Below, piece after piece: positions 1-8,745 of a stretch of DNA of 17,748 nt (position 1 is its first letter; every line of letters starts with the position of its first letter). Under the pieces are notes generated by a model. It made no database searches. It was not told the DNA's origin and was given only the letters and a program-made list of their open reading frames with translations. A program made the translations under genes and the position numbers. Source of the stretch: an uncultured bacterium (GTDB taxonomy: Bacteria > Hydrogenedentota > Hydrogenedentia > Hydrogenedentales > JAEUWI01); the NCBI GenBank assembly GCA_963977445.1, contig CAXBPH010000137.1, positions 1-17,748 of the forward strand, in the 5' to 3' direction.

Positions 1-47
1 CGGTGGCAGAACGCCTAATCTGCTACTTGATTTTTATCTATCATGGA

Positions 48-426
48 TGTCCCGTAGTTGGCGGCGATGGCCTGGGGCTTGTTTCGCCAACGTCGGGACA
101 GCCACACCTGTTACCGTTGGTCTTGCTGGGGGTGGTGGGCTCTATGGCTCGACGACTTGTGTGCTACCGTAATCGTGTGGTGAGACAGTCCCCTTGTGGC
201 TGTGACTACTGGTGATGCTGGGGGTGGTGGGCTCTATGTTTTGTCGGCTCGTGTGCTACCGCCACCGTGCGGTGAGGCAGTCCCCGTGGCCCTCAGGGGG
301 ACGGCCCCGACGGTCTTCGTGTGCTTTTCATTGTTGCCTGCTTTAGCCAAACACGGGGTGATCTGCGCTGTATGAGAGTTGCCACGTCGGTGCAGTCCCC
401 TGTCGTCGTGTGGTGAGGCAGTTCTC
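48..426. repeat. Dispersed structured intergenic repeat, copy 1 (REP/BIME- or MITE-like), with an internal 92-nt duplication
   Basis: 48-193 aligns without gaps to 5924-6069 and 216-400 to 6000-6184 (hand count: 26 mismatches in 185 nt). TGCTGGGGGTGGTGGGCTCTATG starts at both 124 and 216. CAGTCCCC occurs at 186, 278 and 393, with degenerate CAGTTCTC at 419. Hairpin TGTCCCG-TA-GTTGGC...GCCAAC-GT-CGGGACA at 48-100. Confidence 0.9.
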
Positions 427-429
427 CTG

Positions 430-1239
430 CTACCGTTCCAATTTATCCAGGACGAAATTCATCGCGGCCGTTGTGTCTTCGTAGTTGGTGGTGTGGCCCG
501 TTTCCGGGCGATGGATATGGAACACGTCGGGCTGTAATTTCTTCAGTATGGTGGCCAGCCGTATCACACTCTCTGGTGGCACCGAGGTGTCTTTGCCGCT
601 GGTGGTCAGGGCGATGGGCATGGTCAGTCGGTGGGGCCAGTATTCCGCACTGCGCTTCCAATACTCCTCAGGGAGCTCCTGCTTTGTTCCACCGAAGGAA
701 TCTGTGATGAATTCCTGGAACATCTCGTATTCGAGGTGGTTCGCGGTGCCGTTGAGGGCGACAACGCCATCCACCAGATCGGGGTGGAGGGCGGCGAAGG
801 TGAGGCTGGATGAGGCACCCATGGAACCACCGCCGATGACCACCTTGCGGATCTTGAATTCCGCTTTGAGCAAGGCAATAAGCTGGACGACATCGCTCTC
901 GGCCTTTGGGCCCATCCAGGAGGTTTTCGCGCGGTAGTCGGGGGATACGAAGATCATTTCATGTTCCAACGCAACGTCACGGAAGCCCTGGCACTCGGGT
1001 CGGGTATCGGTTGCGAATTGCCACCGATCCGAGCCGTGACCGTGGAGGGCGATGAGGAGGTCATGCTCCACATCAGTGGCCATAGCGGGGGGGAGCCGCA
1101 ATAGGTAGGCTTGCTCCGAACCATCGGCCGCCGTAAAGCTTCGGTCCAGCGGCGCATCATAGTCGGCGGCCGTGGCCATCGTCATAAACACGAGGAGAAA
1201 AACGGGGGCCATCAGAAAGCGGGTAGGGTGAAAAAGCAT
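430..1239 (-). CDS. Secreted alpha/beta-fold hydrolase (esterase/peptidase S9-like), ~269 aa
   Basis: LIALHGHG oxyanion region, nucleophile elbow GGSMG, candidate Asp (GKDTSV) and His (TGH). N-terminal signal peptide ending ATAA|D. Start placed at ATG 1239, 4 nt after the upstream stop and with GGAG upstream; the ORF-track start at 1437 overlaps the upstream gene. Confidence 0.85.
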   Translation of the reverse strand: MLFHPTRFLMAPVFLLVFMTMATAADYDAPLDRSFTAADGSEQAYLLRLPPAMATDVEHDLLIALHGHGSDRWQFATDTRPECQGFRDVALEHEMIFVSPDYRAKTSWMGPKAESDVVQLIALLKAEFKIRKVVIGGGSMGASSSLTFAALHPDLVDGVVALNGTANHLEYEMFQEFITDSFGGTKQELPEEYWKRSAEYWPHRLTMPIALTTSGKDTSVPPESVIRLATILKKLQPDVFHIHRPETGHTTNYEDTTAAMNFVLDKLER

Positions 1240-1243
1240 GTAT

Positions 1244-1720
1244 TCAGGACTCCAGGTCAGTTTCCAGCGAAACAAGTTCCGCGTGAATGCTCCCGTCCTC
1301 CAGCGTAATGCGGGCGACGGTAATGGGCAGGGAAAAGCGGCGGGGTCCGGCACTGCCGGGATTGAGATAGAGTACCCCCGCTTTTTCGGTGACACTTGGT
1401 TTGTGGGAATGGCCGTAGATAACGGCATCAAAGCCACCGGCTACGGGGTCGATATCGAGCTCTTCGATAATGTGTCGGACGTAGATAAAACATCCATTCC
1501 ACTTCACCACATCAAACTCGGGCAGGGTTGCCCCCAATTCTCCCCGGTCCACATTGCCCCGGACGGCGTGTACCGGAGCGATCTCCGCCAATTGGGTCAG
1601 TATTTCGGGTTTCCCAACATCACCTGCGTGGATGATCAGTTCGCAGCCGGTGAGGGCCTGAATGGCTTCGGGCCGCAGGAGGCCATGGGTATCGGAGATG
1701 ATGCCAAGCCAGGGTGTCAT
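1244..1720 (-). CDS. Metallophosphoesterase, YfcE/MJ0936 family, 158 aa
   Basis: All canonical motifs present: ISDTHG, HAGD, VRGNVD, GHSH, NPGSAG. ATGA overlap with the upstream gene at 1717-1720. Confidence 0.93.
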   Translation of the reverse strand: MTPWLGIISDTHGLLRPEAIQALTGCELIIHAGDVGKPEILTQLAEIAPVHAVRGNVDRGELGATLPEFDVVKWNGCFIYVRHIIEELDIDPVAGGFDAVIYGHSHKPSVTEKAGVLYLNPGSAGPRRFSLPITVARITLEDGSIHAELVSLETDLES

Positions 1721-2424
1721 GACGAAGGCTCCGACTGCTCACGGATCAGGAAGATTTTCTGCCATATCTTCCGGCTCAATCCCGTGGTCAGGGTTTCCAC
1801 ATCATTGACGGCGGAAACGACGGTGCCATCAGGAAAGTGCTGGGCATAGATGGACGCGAGCTTACCCACCAAAGACAAGAGCTCGCTGCAATAGTCGAGA
1901 TAGCGGTTCAGTTCATAGGAATCCATATCCCGGGACGGCGATGAGGAAGTGCGTCGGGCATCGGGATGGAGCTCGGTGGGGTCTTTGGTGAGCTGGTGCA
2001 TATCGATAACGTGGGCGATGGTGCGTAGTTCATTGAGAGACTGCAAGGCCCGGGCACGTTTAATCCGGGATTCGATGCTTACCAGGAAAAAAACGGCTGC
2101 CCCCATGAGGACGAGGTCGTTGATGCCTGCTTCGAGGGCCTGGATGAAGTCGGTCATGGGAAAGCTTCCGACTTCAAACTCTACCGTGGTGAATCCCAAA
2201 ATCAGCATCAAGGCCAGGAATACGATGAGAAAGCCGACGGCAAGTCGCAGGGCCCGGTTGGGCGTGGCGATCCACATGCATTTGGATTCCGTCTCCAGGG
2301 CGATATCATTGAGCTCTCGGGCGACGAGGGCGAGACTGGAGTCGGGAAAACGCTCGGTGATGCGGTGCTCCAGCCGCTCCAGCGTTTCTTTTGTTTTTCC
2401 CAAATCAAGAGTTCTGTAGGCCAT
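1717..2424 (-). CDS. Conserved uncharacterised membrane protein (2 TM), ~235 aa
   Basis: Two hydrophobic segments, then AHVIDMHQLTKDP, RYLDYCSELLSL and LSRKIWQKI blocks that I recognise from a widespread hypothetical family. ATG at 2424 preferred to GTG at 2448. Stop overlaps the next start. Confidence 0.85.
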   Translation of the reverse strand: MAYRTLDLGKTKETLERLEHRITERFPDSSLALVARELNDIALETESKCMWIATPNRALRLAVGFLIVFLALMLILGFTTVEFEVGSFPMTDFIQALEAGINDLVLMGAAVFFLVSIESRIKRARALQSLNELRTIAHVIDMHQLTKDPTELHPDARRTSSSPSRDMDSYELNRYLDYCSELLSLVGKLASIYAQHFPDGTVVSAVNDVETLTTGLSRKIWQKIFLIREQSEPSS

Positions 2425-2515
2425 GGGATCCCCGATACGTGCGCACACTGCGCCTTGTTCTGCTGACGACGTTGTAGCACTATTTTGCCTGACGGTGCAA
2501 AAGGGTGGGGCGGCC

Positions 2516-3616
2516 TCAAGATTTGGGAAGGAAATGTATCAGCGTCATTTCGGGAGGGCAATTCAAGCGAATTGAGGGGAGTCCTCTATGGTGTTCGGCG
2601 CCTATGCCGGCAGATACGTTTAACCCGGTGTTTCCCACCGTACGATATCCACGTGCCCAATCACGGGGAATGGTGCTGAAGATGACCAGGGGGCCAAAGA
2701 AAGGGATGCGAATCTGTCCCCCATGGGTATGGCCGGCAAGGCACAAATCGATGGGAAAATCGTTGACCTTCAGTATGTAGTCCGGGCGATGGCCCATGAC
2801 AATATTTAACGCGGCCTGATCGATGTTGAGCCAGCGCTGGATGCCCTCTCGGGCCCGTGTCTTTTCGCTGGATGAGCGCACGGTCAGGCCGTAGAGACGG
2901 AGGTTGATGCCCTCGGCGTGGATGAGGGCTTCCTCATTGCGGAGGTAGGCGATACCGCCCATTTTTTCCGGACCATAGGGCAAGAGGGGGCCTGTCGTGT
3001 CGCCCTCGACCATATACATGCCCAGGGGCGGGTTCAGGGTTTGAAAGAGGGCGGCAAGTTTGGGAAGTTCGGTCTGATAAGTTGCTGGCGCGACGGGCTG
3101 GAGGAGGTCGCCCGTGTGGACAATGAGGTCGGGGTTGAGTTCACGGATTTTTGCAAAGACTTTTTCTTCGTAGGAGCCAATGGCGGCCGATTGGATATCC
3201 GTGATATGGAGCAAGGTGAAGGGCCGGTCAATCTTCTCGGTCATCAAGGTGACGTGGCGGATCTTCAGGTTGTGTGGCTCAATGTGGGTGGCGTAGATTC
3301 GCACGGCCACCAGGAGCAGGGCCAACACGATCCAGGTCAGGGAGTATCGCCTGGGCTTTTTGCTTGATGGGGATGCGAGACGAAAAGCGACGGACCCAGA
3401 CAGCAGCATCAGGACCGGTATGGCGAGGGTATTGGTATCATAGGCGATATGAACCATGGTGCCGAACGGGATAAGTCGGTGGCAGAGCAGGAAGACCAGG
3501 TTTGCTAAGACAAAGGCAATCGGGGCCATCAGGAGGAGCTGGGTTGCCCTGCGTGCGCGGCGGTCTATGGCCTCCGGGATCGATGCGTAGCGATCGCCCA
3601 CGGTTGTGCTTTTCAT
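2516..3616 (-). CDS. Membrane-anchored metallophosphoesterase, YkuE/YaeI-like, 366 aa
   Basis: Three N-terminal TM segments, then IEP, LLHITDIQ, PDLIVHTGDL, GHRPD, LCLAGHTHGGQIRIP, VSAGIG and RLNCPPE, the typical YkuE-type layout. Confidence 0.9.
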   Translation of the reverse strand: MKSTTVGDRYASIPEAIDRRARRATQLLLMAPIAFVLANLVFLLCHRLIPFGTMVHIAYDTNTLAIPVLMLLSGSVAFRLASPSSKKPRRYSLTWIVLALLLVAVRIYATHIEPHNLKIRHVTLMTEKIDRPFTLLHITDIQSAAIGSYEEKVFAKIRELNPDLIVHTGDLLQPVAPATYQTELPKLAALFQTLNPPLGMYMVEGDTTGPLLPYGPEKMGGIAYLRNEEALIHAEGINLRLYGLTVRSSSEKTRAREGIQRWLNIDQAALNIVMGHRPDYILKVNDFPIDLCLAGHTHGGQIRIPFFGPLVIFSTIPRDWARGYRTVGNTGLNVSAGIGAEHHRGLPSIRLNCPPEMTLIHFLPKS

Positions 3617-3690
3617 GGAATGTACCCTTGCCGAAAGAGATAGTTCATGGCGTCCTGGAAGGAGGCGATGGCCCCGGATGGTTCTGCGTG

Positions 3691-5619
3691 CTATTGGTCT
3701 GCCTCGTCGTGAGTTGACGGGCTTTCGGGGGTATTCAACGGAAGCCAGAGCACTACGGTCGTACCGCCTTCGGGATTGTTCGCGAACTCAATTCCCCCAC
3801 CGTGGGCCGTCAGAATTTCGGATACGATCGAGAGCCCCAAACCGACACCAAAATCTTTCGTCGTGAAGAGGGGTTCGAACATTTTTGTACGTACGTCCTC
3901 ATCAATGCCCGTGCCGTTGTCCCGGCTCACGACTTCCAGTCGATCATCGATTATGCGGCTGGAGAGTGACAGGGTTGCTTCTCCATCAGCGAAATAGCTT
4001 CCGTCGGCATTTAACATGGAGTCGCATGCGTTTTGCCATATGTTGATAATACAACGACGAAAATTGACCTGATCGATTTCGAGCCTGGCCGTTGCGGAAA
4101 AGTCCTGTTTCACCTGTATGATCGCGGGAAAAGCGAAATCCTCCCGGGTCTCCTGCAACCAGGGTTGGAAGTCCGTCATTTCTCTTTTGTGGGGTCGATT
4201 GCGGGTGTAGTCGAGTAGTTCCTCAATAATTCGGTCGCACCGAAGGATATTCCGCTCAGCCCGAGCCAGGGGGCGTTCCACGTTGAGGTCGGCCGATTTT
4301 GTCCGTTTCATGACCATATACAGGGATGCCCGGATTGTACCCAGGGGGTTGCGTAATTCATGGCTGACGGTGGCGATCAGTTTGCCCAACACGGCCATGC
4401 GCTCTTGCTTCAACAGTTCGACCTGCGCTTCCTCCAAGGCCAGCGTACGTTCGCGCAACCGGAGTTCCAGCTCACGGCGATGTTTTATATGGTCCTGCTC
4501 TCTGGCTTGAGCAATTTTCTGGGTTGTTGCCAACTCGTTGGCCTGGGCACGGCTCTGTCCCACGGTCCAGAAGACGAACGCCAGCATGAGGCTGAGGAGG
4601 GCGCCGCTTCCCCCGGCGATCAACGGTGTCGTGGTGTCTATGGTGGATTGAAAGGCAGGTGTGGGGCGTATTCGTATCGTCCAAACACGATCTGCGATAT
4701 TTCGGTATTGTAAGGTTTCGAAGGTTGATCGATAGGTCAACACCACCGGTTTAAGGCCGGTGGTCGCAAAGTTCTGCTTTTCAAAATCGAAGAGTTGATC
4801 GTTTTGCTCGGTAGATTCACCGTCGAATATATCCAAATTGAGCATGTCTTCGGTGACGTCAGCAATACCGATGAATAGATTGTCGATGATAATCGGGGCA
4901 AAGAGCACGCCGTCGAGGACCGCCAGCCGCTCTGCGGGCGTCTTCGGGTTGCTATGCTTCTTGTACAGCGGGACAAAGTAGAGAAAGCCGGCCCGTGGGA
5001 CCGCATCCTGAACCAGGTCAATCGGGCGGGTCAGGGTGTGTTCCCCCGTCGCAATGGCCTTTTCGACGGCGGCCCGCCGAAGGGATTCTGCGCCTACGTC
5101 ATACCCCAGTGCTTCTTTATTGCGTTCCCGGGGCTCGATGAATCGAATGGGGTAGAGATCGGGTGCACTGCCCGTGGTATGTACCGTGTAGTCCGGTGCG
5201 GCATCGAGACGCTCCGTGGCTTCAAAAGCGGCCAGGTCTCCACGGAGAACGCGCTGTACCAGACCAAATCCGATTGCGCCAGGGAACTCGACGTCAAAAT
5301 TCCGGGACTCCACAAAGGTCCGGAATTCTAATCGTGTAACTTGCTCACTCCCCACGAAGAGATCCCGGGCCCCCATGAGGCCGTGGCCCGTGAGTTTTAT
5401 ACGCCGTTGGATTTCATCGGCCAGCCGTTCCGCTCGCCGTTCAAATTGGAGTTGCGCCTCAATATGGGATTTTTGATGGGTCCACCAGGCAAGAAATCCA
5501 GACAGTATTAACCCAATGCACAGGGCAGTAAGTGGCGGGAAACAGGAAGCCCGATTCCCCCGTGCTGTGATGGTGCCATCAACATCGGGTTCCGATGACG
5601 CTTCCCGTAGTTCCACCAA
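3691..5619 (-). CDS. CHASE-domain sensor histidine kinase, ~642 aa
   Basis: TM-CHASE-TM layout (VTRLEFRTFV, FPGAIGFG, FIEPRERNKEALGYD, LVQD). H-box SHELRNPL, N-box NIWQNACD, G1 DNGTGI, FEPLFTTK, G2 GVGLGL. GGGAG SD precedes TTG 5619 / GTG 5616. Confidence 0.93.
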   Translation of the reverse strand: MVELREASSEPDVDGTITARGNRASCFPPLTALCIGLILSGFLAWWTHQKSHIEAQLQFERRAERLADEIQRRIKLTGHGLMGARDLFVGSEQVTRLEFRTFVESRNFDVEFPGAIGFGLVQRVLRGDLAAFEATERLDAAPDYTVHTTGSAPDLYPIRFIEPRERNKEALGYDVGAESLRRAAVEKAIATGEHTLTRPIDLVQDAVPRAGFLYFVPLYKKHSNPKTPAERLAVLDGVLFAPIIIDNLFIGIADVTEDMLNLDIFDGESTEQNDQLFDFEKQNFATTGLKPVVLTYRSTFETLQYRNIADRVWTIRIRPTPAFQSTIDTTTPLIAGGSGALLSLMLAFVFWTVGQSRAQANELATTQKIAQAREQDHIKHRRELELRLRERTLALEEAQVELLKQERMAVLGKLIATVSHELRNPLGTIRASLYMVMKRTKSADLNVERPLARAERNILRCDRIIEELLDYTRNRPHKREMTDFQPWLQETREDFAFPAIIQVKQDFSATARLEIDQVNFRRCIINIWQNACDSMLNADGSYFADGEATLSLSSRIIDDRLEVVSRDNGTGIDEDVRTKMFEPLFTTKDFGVGLGLSIVSEILTAHGGGIEFANNPEGGTTVVLWLPLNTPESPSTHDEADQ

Positions 5620-5687
5620 GGTTTTTTCTCCCGAAAGGATGCTTTGTATTTATCACAACGTATGACGACGAAAAAGGTTATCGTGTC

Positions 5688-5711
5688 GATGCTGAAGGTC
5701 CTGTCAGCATC
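5688..5711. promoter_or_regulatory. Perfect 8-8-8 inverted repeat upstream of the CHASE kinase (possible operator or hairpin)
   Basis: GATGCTGA-AGGTCCTG-TCAGCATC, about 70 nt upstream of the start codon. Function is inferred only. Confidence 0.3.
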
Positions 5712-5923
5712 TTGGCACAACGGGGTCTTGGGGTCAAGGAGTACGGGCTGGGGTGCTTCGAGGAACGAAATGGATCAGGGTCATTTCGGGCGGAAAATTT
5801 ATGCGGATCGACGGCATGTTTTTGTCTTTGGGACTGTCTCAGCCCCGCGTTTTCAGTTAGCTAGGTCGACGAAAAACGGAGGGGTGATTGTTGTCGGGCG
5901 TTGGTGCTTTTGGTGGCTGTGAT

Positions 5924-6184
5924 TGTCCCGTAGTTGGCCGAGTTTGCCCGGGGCTTGCTTCGCCAACGTCGGGACAGCCACACCTGTTATCGCTGTTCAT
6001 GCTGGGGGTGGTGGGCCCTATGTTTCGGCGACTCGTATGGTACCGCGATCACGTGGTGAGGCAGTCCCCGAGACCCTCAGGGGGACGGCCCCGACGGTCT
6101 TCATATGCTTTTCATTGGTGCCTGCTTTAGCCAACCACGGGGTGTTTTGCGTTGGAGGGTCGTTGCCAGGTCGGTGCAGTCCCC
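5924..6184. repeat. Dispersed structured intergenic repeat, copy 2
   Basis: Gap-free match to 48-193 and 216-400, in the same orientation. Begins 15 nt after the stop of the sigma54 regulator. Both hairpins retained. Confidence 0.9.
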
Positions 6185-6199
6185 GCGAGCTACTATTCG

Positions 6200-7588
6200 C
6201 TAATTGGCGGAGGGCACTTCGATCCCGGCGTCCTGGTACTCCTTGAGTTTGTTGCGGAGAGTACGCACGCTGATGCCGAGGAGTTCGGAGGCTCGGGTAC
6301 GGTTTTGGCTGCAGTGTTCGAGGGTCGTAAAAATGAGCTGGCGCTCCATTTCGGAGACCGTGGTGCCGGCGCCAAAGTCTGACGAAGATTCTTGCTTCAG
6401 GAGACTGGACGTGTTGAACTGAAAGTCTTCGGGACTCAGCTCGTTGCCGCTGGCGAGGACGACGGCCCGTTCGATGGCGTTTTGGAGCTCGCGGACGTTG
6501 CCTGGCCAGCTATAGACCGTCAGGGCGTGGCGCGCTTCGGAAGTGAAGCCGGTAATGGACCGCCCATTCTCCCGGTTGAAGCTGCTCAGAAAATGCTCTG
6601 CCAAGTGCGGTATATCTTCCCGTCGTTCACGGAGGGGAGGGAGGGGGATCGTAATCACGTTCAGGCGAAAGAAGAGGTCTTCCCGGAATTTTCCCTCCGC
6701 CACGGCGTCTTCGAGGTCCCGGTTGGAGGTGGCGACGATTCTGGTGTCTATGGGAATGGTCTGGGTGCCGCCGACCCGTTCAATTTCCCGTTCCTGGAGG
6801 GCCCGCAGCAGTTTTGCCTGGAGTTCCACGTTGATTTCGCTCACTTCGTCGAGAAGCAGGGTGCCGCCATCGGCGAGTTCAAAACGACCAATTTTTCGGT
6901 CATGGGCCCCGGTAAAGGCTCCCTTTTCATGACCGAAAAGCTCACTTTCCAAGATGCCCGCCGAGAGGGCCGCACAGTTTACCTTGATGAAGGGTTTGTT
7001 AGCGCGGACACCCCCGAAATGAATGGCCCGTGCGACGAGTTCCTTACCGGTGCCGCTGGCGCCGCGGATGAGGACCGTCGCGCGGCTATCCACGACTTTG
7101 GCGATATCATCCTGCACCTGTTTCATGGCGGCGCTGTTGCCCACCATGGCACCATTGTCGTAGCGGGTGTTGAGCTCTTCCCGGAGATAGCGGTTTTCCT
7201 GGGTGAGGCGGGCGAGCTCCAGGGCGCGGGTGACCGCCAGTTCCAGCACGTCAGGGGCGAAGGGTTTTAGAATGTAGTCGGTGGCACCGCCCTGGAGTGC
7301 CCGAACGGCCGTTTCAATCGTGCCATAGGCCGTCATGACGATGACCCGCGTTTCCGGGTGCTTTTCGAGAACGGCCTTCAGGACGGCCAGGCCGTCGATG
7401 GGGGTCATCTTGAGATCGGTAACGACGACATCATGTTGATAGGTTTCAAAAAGGGCGATACCATCGGCACCATTGGCGGCCGTATCGACATGGTAGCCCG
7501 CGCGGATCAGGGCTTCTTCGACATACTCACGCATGAGTAGTTCGTCGTCTACGACCAGAATTCTATGTTTGGATTGGACCGTCGTCAT
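6200..7588 (-). CDS. Sigma54-dependent response regulator (REC-AAA+-Fis HTH), NtrC family, FlrC/FleR-like, 462 aa
   Basis: REC (ILVVDDE, TDLKM, MTAYG, KPF), Walker A GASGTGKE, GAFTGA, Walker B LLLDEV, WPGNVRELQN, and HTH ending LGISVRTLRNKLKEY as seen in flagellar activators such as FlrC, FleR and FlbD. Confidence 0.95.
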   Translation of the reverse strand: MTTVQSKHRILVVDDELLMREYVEEALIRAGYHVDTAANGADGIALFETYQHDVVVTDLKMTPIDGLAVLKAVLEKHPETRVIVMTAYGTIETAVRALQGGATDYILKPFAPDVLELAVTRALELARLTQENRYLREELNTRYDNGAMVGNSAAMKQVQDDIAKVVDSRATVLIRGASGTGKELVARAIHFGGVRANKPFIKVNCAALSAGILESELFGHEKGAFTGAHDRKIGRFELADGGTLLLDEVSEINVELQAKLLRALQEREIERVGGTQTIPIDTRIVATSNRDLEDAVAEGKFREDLFFRLNVITIPLPPLRERREDIPHLAEHFLSSFNRENGRSITGFTSEARHALTVYSWPGNVRELQNAIERAVVLASGNELSPEDFQFNTSSLLKQESSSDFGAGTTVSEMERQLIFTTLEHCSQNRTRASELLGISVRTLRNKLKEYQDAGIEVPSAN

Positions 7589-7596
7589 GGAATGCG

Positions 7597-8745
7597 TTAC
7601 TCCGCCTGGGGCAGTTGTATAGCGATGCGCGTGCCTTTGCCGGGCGCGCTGTGGGCTGAAAGTACGCCTCCGTGGCCTTCCACGATCTTCTGTGAGACGG
7701 CCATGCCGAGCCCCGTACCTTTTTCTTTGGTGGTGAAGAAGGGGGAAAAGACCTGTTTCAATGCGTCGTCATCCATACCCGATCCGGTGTCTTGAACCGA
7801 TAGATGGACGACATTCTCTCCCGCGACGGCGCTGAGACGTATTTCGCCTTTGTTTTCGATACTCTGGACCGAATTTACAAGAATATTCATCAAGACCTGC
7901 CGCAGTTTATCGGCATCGGCCAATATGCGCAAGTCGGGGTCAATTTCGGTGAAGATGGTAATGCGGGTTGGGTCATATTCCATGTAGCGCATGGCGGCCT
8001 GGGCGATACTCGCGCAGGATGCGGGGGACATCTTGAGTTCCACCGGGCGGGTGTATTCGAGCAGTCCATTGACCACTTTTTCCAGGCTGGCGGTGCCTGC
8101 AAGAATCTTTTGCACCAGACGGTGTCTCGGGTCGCTTTCGGGGGTGTCCTGCGAGAGGAAGGTCGCAAATCCACGGATACCACCGAGAGGATTGCGAATT
8201 TCGTGGGCGACGGTGGCGGCCATTTCGCCAATGGCGGCCAGACGGTCGATTTGGCGGACCTGCTCGCGCAGTGCACTGAGTTCACTCAAATCCTGAAAAG
8301 TCTTCACATAGCCGAGTCGGTTTCCGTCTCGATCGGCGATGACGGAATCGCGCTCACTGACGGGCACGGCCCGGCCGCTTCGGGCATTGAGCTCCATGCT
8401 CCCGGGGATGGAGGAGGCCGCGAAGGGACGACCGAATACGTCGCGAAAGGGTTGTCCGACTACATCAGTGGCATCAAAACCAAGGACGAGGCCTGCGGCG
8501 CGATTGAACCGGGTAACCCGCTCCTCCGTATCTATGGCAATTACACCATCGGAAATACTTTCGAGGAGATTGGACAGGTAATCCGTGGTGAGGGCCAATT
8601 GCAGATTCTTAGTGGCCAGCTGTTGATCCAGATCGGTCACGCGCTGCTGGAGGTGGCGATAGGCCTCTTCCATGCTGGCGGTCGTCTTGGTAAACAGATC
8701 AAAGGCCTGGGCCAATGCTTCTACGTCAGTTTTGGGAGCTTCCAT
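7597..8745 (-). CDS. Cytoplasmic PAS-domain sensor histidine kinase, FlrB/FleS-like, 382 aa
   Basis: N-terminal coiled coil (LAQAFDLFTKTTASMEEAYRHLQ) like FlrB/FleS, PAS, H-box AHEIRNPLGG, DTGSGM, FSPFFTTKEKGTGLG. No TM. Ends 8 nt before the regulator. Confidence 0.93.
   Translation of the reverse strand: MEAPKTDVEALAQAFDLFTKTTASMEEAYRHLQQRVTDLDQQLATKNLQLALTTDYLSNLLESISDGVIAIDTEERVTRFNRAAGLVLGFDATDVVGQPFRDVFGRPFAASSIPGSMELNARSGRAVPVSERDSVIADRDGNRLGYVKTFQDLSELSALREQVRQIDRLAAIGEMAATVAHEIRNPLGGIRGFATFLSQDTPESDPRHRLVQKILAGTASLEKVVNGLLEYTRPVELKMSPASCASIAQAAMRYMEYDPTRITIFTEIDPDLRILADADKLRQVLMNILVNSVQSIENKGEIRLSAVAGENVVHLSVQDTGSGMDDDALKQVFSPFFTTKEKGTGLGMAVSQKIVEGHGGVLSAHSAPGKGTRIAIQLPQAE

Noticed and set aside
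1..18. Possible 3' end of a plus-strand gene (RWQNA-stop)
   Set aside because: Only five codons are visible, so it cannot be supported.
3..215. Similar small ORFs 3-215 and 5888-6130 as a duplicated small-protein gene
   Set aside because: The similarity comes from the DNA repeat. Starts and ends differ, the repeat extends beyond the ORFs, and conservation follows hairpin stems.
1240..1437. N-terminal extension of the hydrolase in the ORF track
   Set aside because: Overlaps the YfcE-type gene in another frame; a signal peptide begins at ATG 1239.
5712..5727. Sigma54 promoter at TTGGCACAACGGGGTC, and near-matches in 13680-13820
   Set aside because: The -12 GC is missing or off by one from the strict GG-N10-GC spacing, and the 5712 site points away from any gene.
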